A stretch of 64,000 nt of DNA from a bacterium (GTDB taxonomy: Bacteria; SAR324; NAC60-12): positions 160,001 to 224,000 of the forward strand of contig CBDDTI010000295.1 in the NCBI GenBank assembly GCA_965233585.1, in the 5' to 3' direction. Positions 30,566 to 40,749 of this stretch are shown piece by piece. A model generated the notes under the pieces. The model had not been told where the DNA came from and did no database searches. It worked only from the letters and a program-made list of their open reading frames with translations. The first letter of the stretch is position 1, and every line of letters begins with the position of its first letter. A program made the translations under genes and the position numbers.

Positions 30566-31333
30566 ATGGAACTTGAAAACTTAACAAGCATTGAAAAGTT
30601 TTTGCTGCAATTAGCAGACAATGGAATAGTGCATAGTCATCGGCTTTGTCAATGGTGTTCTCATGCCCCAGAGTTGGAATTAGAAATGAGTTTAGCAAAC
30701 ATTGGTCTGGATCATTTAGGTCAAGCAAGACTTTGGCTAGAAGCTTTGACTCAGGAATTGTCAATCAAAGGCATCCACATGACCGAAGATCAAATGGCTT
30801 ATTTTCGCGAAGATAATGAGTTTTTTAATTTGCTTCTTCTTGAACAGGAAGATGAAGACTTTGCTCATGCAATATGCAAAATGTTTTTTTATGATTTATA
30901 TCATCAGCTTGTTCTGCAACAACTAGTCCATTCCAATCACCTTGTTTTTGTTGCCACTGCTCAAAAAGCACTGATTGAGGTTGGCTATCATGTCAAGTTT
31001 TCAAAGCACTGGTGTCAAGTCTTGTGTCAAGGTACACCAGAAAGCCTCAATCGTATGGAATCTGCTATTGATTATTTATGGCAGTATTGCGGCGAGTTCT
31101 TTGTTCCCGCTAGGCAAGAGGAACAACTGATTCAAGAGAACATACTGAATTTAGAACAAATCAAAACAATATGGTCTCAAGAAGTTTTTGCTGCGATGCC
31201 TCAAGTCAAAATTGACAAAGAATTAGATTTTCATCTTCCTTTAGGCAAGCAAAATCATCACACAGAATACTTAGGATATTTGCTAGCAGAGATGCAAGTT
31301 TTAGCACGTAAACATCCTCATGCTCAATGGTAA
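30566..31333 (+). CDS. paaC: Phenylacetyl-CoA epoxidase subunit C
   Basis: WCSHAPELE, LDHLGQAR, HTEYLGYLLAEMQ...P.AQW. Confidence 0.95.
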   Translation: MELENLTSIEKFLLQLADNGIVHSHRLCQWCSHAPELELEMSLANIGLDHLGQARLWLEALTQELSIKGIHMTEDQMAYFREDNEFFNLLLLEQEDEDFAHAICKMFFYDLYHQLVLQQLVHSNHLVFVATAQKALIEVGYHVKFSKHWCQVLCQGTPESLNRMESAIDYLWQYCGEFFVPARQEEQLIQENILNLEQIKTIWSQEVFAAMPQVKIDKELDFHLPLGKQNHHTEYLGYLLAEMQVLARKHPHAQW

Positions 31334-31339
31334 TTCCAA

Positions 31340-31831
31340 ATGCAAACTTCATTCAGTCTCAAACATGTTGAACGTATTGTTGCACAAGTGCCGGATCCTG
31401 AAATGCCGATGGTCACTATTCAAGATTTAGGAATCTTAAAGCGTGTTGAGGTTTTGAAGAATCATCATTTTCAAATTGTGATGACTCCTACCTTTAGTGG
31501 TTGCCCTGCCATGCAAGAGATTGAGCAAAGCATTGCCCAATCTTTGCTTGATGCTGGTGTTCAAAATTTTAAGATTGTCAGAGAACTTGACCCCCCTTGG
31601 ACTTCACAAAGGATTACACCTCAAGGAAGAAAAAAATTGATTGCCAATGGTATTGCTGTTGCTGATGAAGGGTTGCTTTGTCCCAGATGCCAAAGCTCCA
31701 AGGTTGCCATGTTGAGTGAATTTGGTGCAACTTCTTGCAAAAGTTTTGCACGTTGTCGCTCATGCCAAGAACCTTTTGAAGTCTTCAAATCGCTTGCTCC
31801 ACCTCGTTTTATAAAAAAAATTGATGGCTAA
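31340..31831 (+). CDS. paaD: Phenylacetate-CoA oxygenase maturation subunit D
   Basis: VPDPEMP, DLG, TPTFSGCPAM, CPRC, FGATSCK, C..C.EPF. Confidence 0.95.
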   Translation: MQTSFSLKHVERIVAQVPDPEMPMVTIQDLGILKRVEVLKNHHFQIVMTPTFSGCPAMQEIEQSIAQSLLDAGVQNFKIVRELDPPWTSQRITPQGRKKLIANGIAVADEGLLCPRCQSSKVAMLSEFGATSCKSFARCRSCQEPFEVFKSLAPPRFIKKIDG

Positions 31832-32897
31832 TGCTTTTCAACCGCTTCGTATCCAATCAGTTCAGGCACTGACTGATGATGCCTTGTTGATTGAATTGAA
31901 ACGTCCCAAAACTTTTCACTTTAAAAGTGGTCAGCATCTCTCCATTCAGTCCGAAATTGACAATGAAATGGTGTTTAGAACTTATTCTATTTGCACAACA
32001 CCTCAGTCTGAAAAACTTGCAATAGGGGTGCGTGTTTTACCTCATGGAATTTTTTCTAATTGGCTACAACAAAATGCAAAAGCAGGTGATTTCTTAAACT
32101 GTTCTGTACCAACCGGTTTATTTCATTTGCATCCTCCCAAATCTCATAAACAGCATAATTTGTTTATTGCTGGAGGGAGTGGAATTACACCGATTGTTAG
32201 TATGCTAGAAGAATATTTGGAAAGGTTTGAGCAAACTCAAGCGACCTTGCTTTATTCCAACCGTAGCTTTGCTTCAACCATGTTTTTTGAACACCTGATG
32301 CAACTGAAAAATCGTTACATCGGACGATTGCAACTCTTTTTTCTCACCAGCAGACAACAACAAATTCAAAACTGGTTACATTCTCGCTTGAATGGAGAGG
32401 CATTGATGCAGCTACAGCAATTCAAAGTCATTGATCTACAGTCTTATCAAGATGTTTATTTGTGTGGTCCCAGAGGTATGATTGACGGATGCTTAGAAAT
32501 TTTAGATGAACATGAATTTCCTCAAGCACAACTCCACTACGAGTTGTTTACTTCTACTACAATTTCGGCAAAACAGGTTCAACATCAATCCAGTCCAGAA
32601 TTAAGGGAACATCAAAAGCTGGCTCAAATCTCATTTCAATATTTAGGAGAAATTCATCAAATTGACTTTGTGGAAGATGACCACTCTATTTTGACTGCTG
32701 CAGCAAGACAAGGGCATCAATTACCTTATGCTTGTGCAGGGGGAGTTTGTGGAACTTGCCGCGCTAAAATCTTAAAAGGTTCTGCTCAGATGTCAGAAAA
32801 TTACGCACTGGATCAAGAAGATTTAGCAGAACATTTTGTGCTGACGTGCCAAGCGATTCCTACAACCGATGAAGTGTTTTTGAATTTTGATTATTGA
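31824..32897 (+). CDS. paaE: Phenylacetyl-CoA epoxidase reductase subunit E
   Basis: RTYSI, AGGSGITP, YLCGP, CAGGVCGTC...LTCQ 2Fe-2S motif. Confidence 0.95.
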   Translation: MANAFQPLRIQSVQALTDDALLIELKRPKTFHFKSGQHLSIQSEIDNEMVFRTYSICTTPQSEKLAIGVRVLPHGIFSNWLQQNAKAGDFLNCSVPTGLFHLHPPKSHKQHNLFIAGGSGITPIVSMLEEYLERFEQTQATLLYSNRSFASTMFFEHLMQLKNRYIGRLQLFFLTSRQQQIQNWLHSRLNGEALMQLQQFKVIDLQSYQDVYLCGPRGMIDGCLEILDEHEFPQAQLHYELFTSTTISAKQVQHQSSPELREHQKLAQISFQYLGEIHQIDFVEDDHSILTAAARQGHQLPYACAGGVCGTCRAKILKGSAQMSENYALDQEDLAEHFVLTCQAIPTTDEVFLNFDY

Positions 32898-32923
32898 AGT
32901 CAATCTTTTTTCTGATACTTGAT

Positions 32924-33526
32924 ATGCCATTCTATGAATTTGAAGGTGCGAAACCTGTGGTGAGTGATAAGAGCTATGTTCACCCCACTGCAGTGATTAT
33001 AGGAGATGTTTGGATTGCAGAAGATTGTTACATTGGTCCGTGTGCTTCTTTGCGTGGGGATTTTGGCAGAATCCGAATCTGTCAAGGTGCTAATGTACAA
33101 GATTGCTGCATCCTCCATTCCTTTCCAGAAAAAGAGCTCATCCTCCATGAAAACGTTCATGTTGGACATGGTGCCGTGATTCATAGTGCCGTGATTGAAA
33201 AAGATGCCATGGTGGGCATGCACGCTGTCGTTTTAGATCATGCTGTTGTAGGTGAGCAAGCAATCATTGCTGCAAATTCTACCGTGCCAACACATTGCCA
33301 AGTTCCTCCTAGAGTCTTATTTGCAGGGACACCAGGGAAAGTGAAACGTGAGCTTTCTCAAGACAATATCCAAGCCAAACGGCTTGCAACTGAAGCTTAC
33401 CATCAGCTAGCTCAACGATCTTTAAATGGATTGCATGAAACAGAACCACTCAGAGAGGCATCACGCCAACGTCCTCAAATCCCTTGGCAAATCCAATTTG
33501 ATGCCAATTTCAACATGAAACAATGA
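32924..33526 (+). CDS. paaY: Phenylacetate degradation protein PaaY (hexapeptide repeat)
   Basis: YEFEG..P, VHPTAVIIGDV, ASLRGDFG; paa context. Confidence 0.9.
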   Translation: MPFYEFEGAKPVVSDKSYVHPTAVIIGDVWIAEDCYIGPCASLRGDFGRIRICQGANVQDCCILHSFPEKELILHENVHVGHGAVIHSAVIEKDAMVGMHAVVLDHAVVGEQAIIAANSTVPTHCQVPPRVLFAGTPGKVKRELSQDNIQAKRLATEAYHQLAQRSLNGLHETEPLREASRQRPQIPWQIQFDANFNMKQ

Positions 33527-33586
33527 TTTCAAATAAGCAACTTCTTGATTTTGAATGTCGCTGAAAAAGATTCTATTCGTAAAATT

Positions 33587-34357
33587 ATGCCTATCCTTCA
33601 ATTTTTGTATCACCAAAAACAAACTTTAGTCCTTCAGCTAACCAGTGAGCAACGTTATAACACCGTAGATGATGAAACGTTGAAACAATTAATAGATGCC
33701 TTACTTCAAGCAAATGCTGATTCATCGGTCAAAACCATGATCATTTATGGTGGAGATAAAAACTTTGCAGTAGGGGCAAACCTTCATGAATTGAAAGCTA
33801 AAAGTAAAGAGTATTTACGAACTGATGAAAGGCGAAAAAACTGGCAACGTTTCCAGTTGTGTCAAAAACCGATCATTGCTGCGGTCAATGGATTAGCACT
33901 AGGAGCAGGCAATGAATTGGTGATGAATTGCGACATTGTCATTGCAGGAAAGAAGGCACAATTTGGACAACCTGAAATCAATCTAGGACTCATACCAGGG
34001 GCAGGTGGAACACAAAGACTGACTCATCTCATTGGAAAAAAACAAGCCATGCTGATGCTTTTGACAGGATTGACTCTTTCTGCACAGGAAGCCTTACAAC
34101 ATGGTTTGATTTCCAAAGTTTGTCAAGATGATCTGGTCTTAGAAGAAGCACTTGCTGTGGCAGAGACCATCAACCAAAAATCATCTGTTGCTGTTACTGC
34201 TGTTAAATCATGCGTTTCTCAAGTAGAACAACTTCCTTTGCAAGAAGGATTAGCCGTAGAATATCAAGCCTTTGTTGAGCTTGCAGACTCGCAAGATCGC
34301 ACCGAAGGCATCAATGCTTTTTTAGAAAAACGCAAACCTCATTTTATTGGAAAATAA
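33587..34357 (+). CDS. paaF: 2,3-dehydroadipyl-CoA hydratase
   Basis: Crotonase motifs KPIIAAVNG.ALGAG.E, FGQPEINLG.IPGAGGTQRL. Confidence 0.88.
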   Translation: MPILQFLYHQKQTLVLQLTSEQRYNTVDDETLKQLIDALLQANADSSVKTMIIYGGDKNFAVGANLHELKAKSKEYLRTDERRKNWQRFQLCQKPIIAAVNGLALGAGNELVMNCDIVIAGKKAQFGQPEINLGLIPGAGGTQRLTHLIGKKQAMLMLLTGLTLSAQEALQHGLISKVCQDDLVLEEALAVAETINQKSSVAVTAVKSCVSQVEQLPLQEGLAVEYQAFVELADSQDRTEGINAFLEKRKPHFIGK

Positions 34358-34376
34358 TTCAAATCACTCAAATATT

Positions 34377-35177
34377 ATGGAAACTATTGATTTAGAATGG
34401 ATTGAATCTGTTGCGATGTTAACGCTCAACCGTCCTGATTCTCTCAATAGCATCAATCTCACAATGCACGAAGAGCTAGCCCAAGCGTTGAAACAAATCA
34501 AAACTTCTTCTGCACGTGTCATGTTGCTGACAGGAAAAGGTCGTGGATTTTGTGCAGGACAAGATTTAACCGACCGAACTGTTGCAGCTGATTCAAACTC
34601 CAAAAAAACAGAAACACAAATAGATTTAGGAAAGTCTTTAGAAAAACACTACAACCCTTTAATCCGCACTCTTCAGTCTTTAGAGATTCCAATCGTTTGT
34701 GCAGTCAATGGTGTTGCCGCTGGTGCTGGAGTGTCTTTAGTTTTAGCATCTGATATTGTCTTGATGAGTAAAAAAGCCAAACTCACATTAGCCTTTAGCC
34801 GAATTGGATTAGTACCTGATTCGGGCTGTAGTTGGTTTTTGACACAATGTTTAGGAACTAAACGAGCATTAGCTCTAGCCATGTTAAGTGAAAGCATCAC
34901 TGCAGAACAAGCTCAAAACTGGGGAATTGCATGGGAAGTTTATCAAGAAGGCTCTTTACAAAAAGGAGCTATGGAATTTTGCCAAAAGCTAGCAGCGGCG
35001 CCCACCAAAGGTTTAGGATACCTCAAACGATGTTTTGCGACTGCCGACACTTCCAGCTTAAACGAACAACTGAACCACGAACGAGAGTTTCAACAGCTTG
35101 CAGGAAGAACCAAAGACTACCAAGAAGGCGTCGCAGCATTTCTTGAAAAAAGAAAACCCAAATTTACTGGAGAATGA
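34377..35177 (+). CDS. paaG: 2-(1,2-epoxy-1,2-dihydrophenyl)acetyl-CoA isomerase
   Basis: GRGFCAGQDL, YNPLI, VNGVAAGAG, GLVPDSG. Confidence 0.93.
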   Translation: METIDLEWIESVAMLTLNRPDSLNSINLTMHEELAQALKQIKTSSARVMLLTGKGRGFCAGQDLTDRTVAADSNSKKTETQIDLGKSLEKHYNPLIRTLQSLEIPIVCAVNGVAAGAGVSLVLASDIVLMSKKAKLTLAFSRIGLVPDSGCSWFLTQCLGTKRALALAMLSESITAEQAQNWGIAWEVYQEGSLQKGAMEFCQKLAAAPTKGLGYLKRCFATADTSSLNEQLNHEREFQQLAGRTKDYQEGVAAFLEKRKPKFTGE

Positions 35178-36670
35178 ACAAGATGCCACAGCAAGCAGTC
35201 ATCATTGGTGGTGGAGTCATGGGACGTGGCATTGCACAGACCTTTGTGCAAAATGGCTATACTGTCTCTATTGTTGAAAATCAAGCAGAACACGCTAAAC
35301 AAATTTTAAAAATCCTTGAAAACTCTTGGCAAAAATTAGTAACACGTGGGAAATTTACCTCAAACCAGACACAACAATTTTTAGAACAACTGACAATCAC
35401 TTCTGACCTTTCAGTTGTCAAACAAGCTGATGTTGTCATTGAAGCGGTGTTTGAAGACTTAGAACTGAAACAAAATATTCTGGCTCAAGTAGAACAAATG
35501 GCATCAGAGAACACTTTGACAGCTTCCAACACCTCTACTTTTTCTATCACTGCTCTTGCCTCTGCACTTCAAAATCCTCACCGTTTAGTGGGTTTGCATT
35601 TCTTCAATCCTCCTCCAGTTATGAGACTAGTTGAAGTGGTCAAAGGCTTACAAACTGATGAAACCATCATTCAACGAGCAATACAACTTGCTGAAAATCT
35701 AGGAAAACAACCTGTGTTGTGTCAATCCTTTCCCGGTTTCATTGTCAATCGCATTTGCCGTCCTTATTATTGTGAATCTTTCAAAATGCTAGATGAACAC
35801 GCTGGCAGTATTAGCAACCTTGATACAGCACTGGAAGGTTCTGGACTTTTTCCAATGGGAGTCTTTCGGCTAGTAGATTTGATTGGAGTAGAGACTAACT
35901 TTCGTAACACCAAATCCATGTTTGAAGCCTTTTTTTATGATAACCGCTACAAACCTTCCTTCATTCAAGCAGAATATGTGAATGCAAAACGTTTTGGTCA
36001 AAAAGTAGCCCAAGGTTTGTACAGTTATCAAAACCATCAAGCCATGCGGCAAAGTGAATTTGTTCCAAAAAGTCAAATTTTTTCTGAAGAGGTTCTACTA
36101 CAATCTACCGCAACTGCTCCTTTTTGGATTCAAAATTTACAAAACATTGCCAACCAAAAAGGAGTTGCATTGAACATGCAACAGGGAGCGAGTTCTTTTC
36201 TAAAAATTGGTTCAGTGCAAATGTTAGCAACTGATGGGCAACTTGCAGAAAGTCTATTGCCATGGAAGCAAATGCCTACCATCATCATGGATTGGATATT
36301 GAGTGAAAAAGCATCAGTTTTAGCCATTCAAGCCAATCCTTTAGTAGAAAACGAAATGCTAGAACAAGTAGCATCATTTTTTGATTCGCTTGGTATCCAG
36401 TTGGTTGTAGTTCATTCACCTGCAATGGTGGTGATGCGGTTAGTAGTGATGCTCATCAATGAAGCCTTAGAGGCGATCCAACAAGGCGTGTGCAATGAGC
36501 ATGATTGTAATCTTGCTTTGAGGCTTGGCATGAATTTTCAGTTTGACATCCTGACCCTAGCAGAGCAAATTGGCTATTCCAATGTGATGCAAATTCTTAA
36601 AAATTTGTTCCAACTGTTTCAAGATGAAAAATATCGTTCCTCCTTGAGATTAAGAACAATGGCAACTTGA
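35174..36670 (+). CDS. paaH: 3-hydroxyadipyl-CoA dehydrogenase
   Basis: GGGVMGRG, SNTST, GLHFFNP, PGFIVNR, tandem C-terminal domains. Confidence 0.92.
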   Translation: MNKMPQQAVIIGGGVMGRGIAQTFVQNGYTVSIVENQAEHAKQILKILENSWQKLVTRGKFTSNQTQQFLEQLTITSDLSVVKQADVVIEAVFEDLELKQNILAQVEQMASENTLTASNTSTFSITALASALQNPHRLVGLHFFNPPPVMRLVEVVKGLQTDETIIQRAIQLAENLGKQPVLCQSFPGFIVNRICRPYYCESFKMLDEHAGSISNLDTALEGSGLFPMGVFRLVDLIGVETNFRNTKSMFEAFFYDNRYKPSFIQAEYVNAKRFGQKVAQGLYSYQNHQAMRQSEFVPKSQIFSEEVLLQSTATAPFWIQNLQNIANQKGVALNMQQGASSFLKIGSVQMLATDGQLAESLLPWKQMPTIIMDWILSEKASVLAIQANPLVENEMLEQVASFFDSLGIQLVVVHSPAMVVMRLVVMLINEALEAIQQGVCNEHDCNLALRLGMNFQFDILTLAEQIGYSNVMQILKNLFQLFQDEKYRSSLRLRTMAT

Positions 36671-36682
36671 AGGATTGAACAC

Positions 36683-37120
36683 ATGACTATGAATTTATCT
36701 CAACAAGACATTGCTGAACGTGGTGTCAAAACCATGCTAGCCAGTGATCAATGTTCTCATTCGCTGGGAATTGAACTACAAGAGATCAGGCAAGGTTATG
36801 CCAAAATGACCATGACGATTAGGCAAGACATGGTCAATGGTCATAACATTTGTCATGGAGGAATGTTATTTACTTTGGCGGATTCTACTTTTGCTTGTTG
36901 TTGCAATGGACACAACCGTGTGACTGTTGCTTCTGCTTGTAAAATAGATTTTTTACGACCAGCTGTTTTAGGAGATCAACTCACAGCAATTGGTACAGAA
37001 CGCAAAAGAGGCAAGCAGACAGGACTATGTGATGTTGAAATTTACAATTCTCACAATCAACTTGTTGCATTGTTTAGAGGCAATTCACACATTTTAGACC
37101 AATCTATTTTCAAAGAATAA
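36683..37120 (+). CDS. paaI: Aryl-CoA thioesterase
   Basis: MVNGH.ICHGGMLFTLADSTFA hotdog fold. Confidence 0.93.
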   Translation: MTMNLSQQDIAERGVKTMLASDQCSHSLGIELQEIRQGYAKMTMTIRQDMVNGHNICHGGMLFTLADSTFACCCNGHNRVTVASACKIDFLRPAVLGDQLTAIGTERKRGKQTGLCDVEIYNSHNQLVALFRGNSHILDQSIFKE

Positions 37121-37125
37121 TTACC

Positions 37126-38415
37126 ATGACCAATCTCACTCCCTTAGATGCAATTGAACGATCCAGCATTGATGAAATACGAAAAGTCCAGTTAGAAAGA
37201 ATGCAATGGAGCATAAGCCATTGTTATCAAAATATCCCACATTATCAAAAAACCTTTAAGGCTCAAGGCATTCATCCTCAAGATTTGAAACAACTGGAAG
37301 ATTTAAAGCATTTTCCTTTCACCGTGAAGGAAGACCTGCGCCAAAATTATCCGACAGGCTTGTTTGCTACACCAATGAAGGACGTTGTGCGTTTTCATGC
37401 TTCTAGTGGTACTACAGGCAAGCCAACCGTAGTAGGTTATACTCAAAAAGACATTGAAACATGGTCTCATTGTGTGGCAAGAAGTATCCGTGCAGCAGGA
37501 GGTGATGCACACAGCATTGTTCACGTTTCTTATGGTTATGGTTTATTCACTGGTGGATTAGGAGCGCATTATGGAGCAGAAAAACTAGGGGCAACCGTCA
37601 TTCCTGTTTCAGGAGGTATGACAGGTCGTCAAATCCAGATCATTGCTGACCTCAAGCCAGACATCATTATGGTCACCCCTTCCTATTTTTTAAAGATCAT
37701 CAGCGAATCTAAAAAACATGGAGTAGATCCACAACATTGGTCTCTCAAAGTCGCTATTTTAGGAGCAGAGCCTTGGACAGAAGCGATGCGTGAAGTCATT
37801 GAAACTGAGTCTTGCACTCAAGCCACCAATATCTATGGTTTATCTGAAATTATTGGACCGGGAGTTGCTCAAGAGTGCTTAGAAACCCAAGATGGTCTTA
37901 CAGTGTGGGAAGATCATTTTTATCCTGAAATCATTGATCCTAACACCTTAGAAGTTTTGCCAGATGGTCAAGAAGGCGAGCTAGTTTTTACTACATTGAC
38001 CAAAGAAGCAACACCTTTGGTTCGTTATCGTACAAGAGACCTCACCAAAATTTTACCCGGCACCTCAAGAACCATGAGGAGGATTGACAGGATTCTTGGC
38101 AGAAGTGATGACATGCTTATCATTCGTGGTGTCAATGTCTTTCCAACACAAGTAGAAGAACAAATCCTAAAAATTCCTGAATTGGAAAGCAATTATCAAT
38201 TAGAAGTCGTACAAGAAGAAAATACCAATGCCCTGCATGTTCATGTGGAATTAAAGAATGCCAACCATGATGCCAAATCAATCAAACCGCATTTAGAACA
38301 TTTGATCAAAGATTTCATTGGAATTTCTGCACAAGTCAAAATCCAGCCTCAAGGCACGTTACCTGAATCACAAGGCAAAGCTGTGAGAGTGAGAAAAGCC
38401 AACCCGAGTTGCTAG
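37126..38415 (+). CDS. paaK: Phenylacetate-CoA ligase
   Basis: HASSGTTGKPT, YGYGLFTGGLG, GAEPW, YGLSE, GRSDDMLIIRGVNVFP. Confidence 0.97.
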   Translation: MTNLTPLDAIERSSIDEIRKVQLERMQWSISHCYQNIPHYQKTFKAQGIHPQDLKQLEDLKHFPFTVKEDLRQNYPTGLFATPMKDVVRFHASSGTTGKPTVVGYTQKDIETWSHCVARSIRAAGGDAHSIVHVSYGYGLFTGGLGAHYGAEKLGATVIPVSGGMTGRQIQIIADLKPDIIMVTPSYFLKIISESKKHGVDPQHWSLKVAILGAEPWTEAMREVIETESCTQATNIYGLSEIIGPGVAQECLETQDGLTVWEDHFYPEIIDPNTLEVLPDGQEGELVFTTLTKEATPLVRYRTRDLTKILPGTSRTMRRIDRILGRSDDMLIIRGVNVFPTQVEEQILKIPELESNYQLEVVQEENTNALHVHVELKNANHDAKSIKPHLEHLIKDFIGISAQVKIQPQGTLPESQGKAVRVRKANPSC

Positions 38416-38557
38416 GTGATTCATAAAATTTGCACCATAGCCTAATTGCTGCGATTTTAAGCATAGCCATCAATGTTGAGAAGTGCTTGTCGTATCGTAT
38501 TGCGATAGATCTGCCTGATTGTTGGAGGTGACCCAACGCTTTCTCAATAGGTTTCCT
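38412..38557 (-). mobile_element. Degenerate IS5-family transposase 3' remnant
   Basis: RKPIEKALGHLQQ..RSIAIRYDK...AMLKIAAIRLW..FYES resembles the IS5-family C-terminus (R..IER.F..LK..R.IATRYDK); ends at CTAG. Confidence 0.65.
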
Positions 38558-38703
38558 AATGAGTTCTGCTCTGTTTTGAGCATCGGCATCAAGACTTCCT
38601 GTACAAGCCTCAATCAATTTGCTAACGGATAAAGAGTTGAGCCATGATTTTTTTAGCAATGATTCTGACTAAACCATGTGTTTTTGGATTGAGTTGTAGG
38701 TTG

Positions 38704-39693
38704 TTATTGCTTCTTAACCACTTTTTGCTCAATGGTGCCAAAAATATTATTGCCTTGATCGTCAGTCATTTCAATTTTGACAGTGTCTCCAAATTTTAAA
38801 AAAGGTGTTTTGGGACTGCCTAATTCAATGGTTTCAATCATACGAGCTTCTGCCAAGCAACAGAATCCTTTAGAGGCATCTTTGTTAGAAATTGTCCCAG
38901 AGCCAATGATAGTACCTGCTTTCAGTGGACGAGTCTTGGCAGCGTGTGCAATGAGTTGAGCAAAATTAAACTGCATATCTACCCCTGCATTAGGAGAACC
39001 AAATGGCTCGTTGTTAATCCAAGTTCTCAAAGGCAAATGCACTTTGTAATCCCTCCATGCACTGCCTAACTCGTCAGGGGTAACAAAAACAGGAGCAAAA
39101 GCCGTTGGAGGCTTGCCTTGCACAAATCCAAAGCCTTTAGACAGTTCAGTAGGAATCAAGTTCCGCAAGGACACATCGTTCAAAATGGTAATCAAAAGAA
39201 TATAATCACCTGCATCTGCTTCACTGACTCCCATGGGGACATGATCAGTGATGACTGCCACTTCTGCTTCTAAATCAATGCCATAGTCTTCACTAACAAC
39301 TTCAATATCTGAAGTAGCAGAAAGCAGGGGATCTGAGCCTCCTTGATACATGAGTGGGTCAGTTAAAAACTCTGGGGGCATCACGGCACCTCGTGCTTTC
39401 CGCACCAATTCTACGTGGTTTAAATAAGCCGAGCCATCTAACCACTGATACGCTCTGGGCAAAGGAGCAAGAAAGTTTTTTATCTCAAAAGGAGAGGGTC
39501 TTGGTTTTTCAGATGTGCCAGCTTCCAACTCTCCAGCTAAATATGACAATTCCAAGTGGGAGTCATCCCAATAGTCCAATGCTCTTTGCATGAAAGGGGC
39601 AATATGCAGGGCATGAACATATTGTGTCAAGTTGCGATTGACGATGACTAATTGTCCATCTAGGTTTCCGTTATTGAATGTTGCAAGTTTCAT
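38704..39693 (-). CDS. Fumarylacetoacetate hydrolase family protein (probable fumarylacetoacetase)
   Basis: APLPRAYQW.DGSAY, DLEAEV, NDVSLR, GSGTISN; downstream of hmgA. Confidence 0.9.
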   Translation of the reverse strand: MKLATFNNGNLDGQLVIVNRNLTQYVHALHIAPFMQRALDYWDDSHLELSYLAGELEAGTSEKPRPSPFEIKNFLAPLPRAYQWLDGSAYLNHVELVRKARGAVMPPEFLTDPLMYQGGSDPLLSATSDIEVVSEDYGIDLEAEVAVITDHVPMGVSEADAGDYILLITILNDVSLRNLIPTELSKGFGFVQGKPPTAFAPVFVTPDELGSAWRDYKVHLPLRTWINNEPFGSPNAGVDMQFNFAQLIAHAAKTRPLKAGTIIGSGTISNKDASKGFCCLAEARMIETIELGSPKTPFLKFGDTVKIEMTDDQGNNIFGTIEQKVVKKQ

Positions 39694-39790
39694 AATGATC
39701 TTTTAATTAAAAAATTAGGTTAAATTGAATCAATCGTCAGTCATCTCTTGACTCAAAGGTGTATAGATGACATCTACAACAACCCCACAA

Positions 39791-40639
39791 CTACAAAAGG
39801 TTTTGGAGTTGTTTTTCAGAAAGTCCAGTGATTTGGCAAATGAGTTGAGTCTCTATGCCTTGAGCGAGCATCTTTTGAGCAATGTCAAGTTTCTCTTCTT
39901 CTTTGCCTCTTTGGAATCCTCGTTGTTCTCCTTGCTGTTCCCCGAGTTGAACAGAGCTTTTTTGAATGGCAACAAACTCTTTTCTTTTGTGATGGAGTTC
40001 TAATTCTTCAGCAGTCATGCCTGCTTCATTGACAATTTCTAATGCTTTTTGAATAGAAGGATTCCAAGTAGTAGGCACTTTGTCAAAGTCTTCAGCATGT
40101 TTGACAAAATAAATCCACTGGTCTTGAATCTCTTTTAACTCTTCAAATTTTTTTTGAAACTTAGGGAGTTCAATGAAGACCAGTTCAATGTCTCCCGAAT
40201 ACTCTGTGTGCTTTTCTTTTTCCAATAACCTGAAGCAATTGATGAGTTTGTCAGAGTCTTGAAACATGACAAAGTCCACTACACTGATTGCAATGACAGG
40301 ATTGAGTAGGTGGTAGCTGTTCCCAGAGACCAACTGCATAGAATACTTTTTACAGGCATTGTAAAGGATTCTTTTTTCAAATCCTTCATGGTTGATGACT
40401 TGCATCTCAATCATCACCTGCTCACCTGTGCTTAGTGTGGCTTTCACATCTACATAGCTGTCTTTCATGCCTTTGAGCAAGGGTGAGTTGTAAGGGTCTT
40501 GGATGCTTAAATTCTCAATCTTTTCATCATTTTGAAATTCTAAGATGGAATTGAGAAAGCTAATCAGAATGTCTTGGTGTTGATCATTACCAAACACCAT
40601 CTTGAAGGCATAATCTGTCTTGACATCTAAAAAACGCAT
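39791..40639 (-). CDS. Rpn-family PD-(D/E)XK nuclease / putative transposase
   Basis: D.KTDYAFK.VFG, DV.A...IEMQ, FIELPKF, G...G...G repeats, IA.KML...ITGLS tail. Confidence 0.9.
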   Translation of the reverse strand: MRFLDVKTDYAFKMVFGNDQHQDILISFLNSILEFQNDEKIENLSIQDPYNSPLLKGMKDSYVDVKATLSTGEQVMIEMQVINHEGFEKRILYNACKKYSMQLVSGNSYHLLNPVIAISVVDFVMFQDSDKLINCFRLLEKEKHTEYSGDIELVFIELPKFQKKFEELKEIQDQWIYFVKHAEDFDKVPTTWNPSIQKALEIVNEAGMTAEELELHHKRKEFVAIQKSSVQLGEQQGEQRGFQRGKEEEKLDIAQKMLAQGIETQLICQITGLSEKQLQNLL

Positions 40640-40749
40640 CTCGGTTTTATGGAAGCTAAGGTTTTAAAAATTATCATCTCTCATGCGGAGAGGCATTTTA
40701 TCCGACTGTACGCATAATAACATAGTAGATTCTGCCATTGAAAATTCCA

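Noticed and set aside
38336..38659. 107-aa ORF as an intact gene
   Set aside because: Only the central part resembles a transposase C-terminus; no DDE core; overlaps paaK antisense
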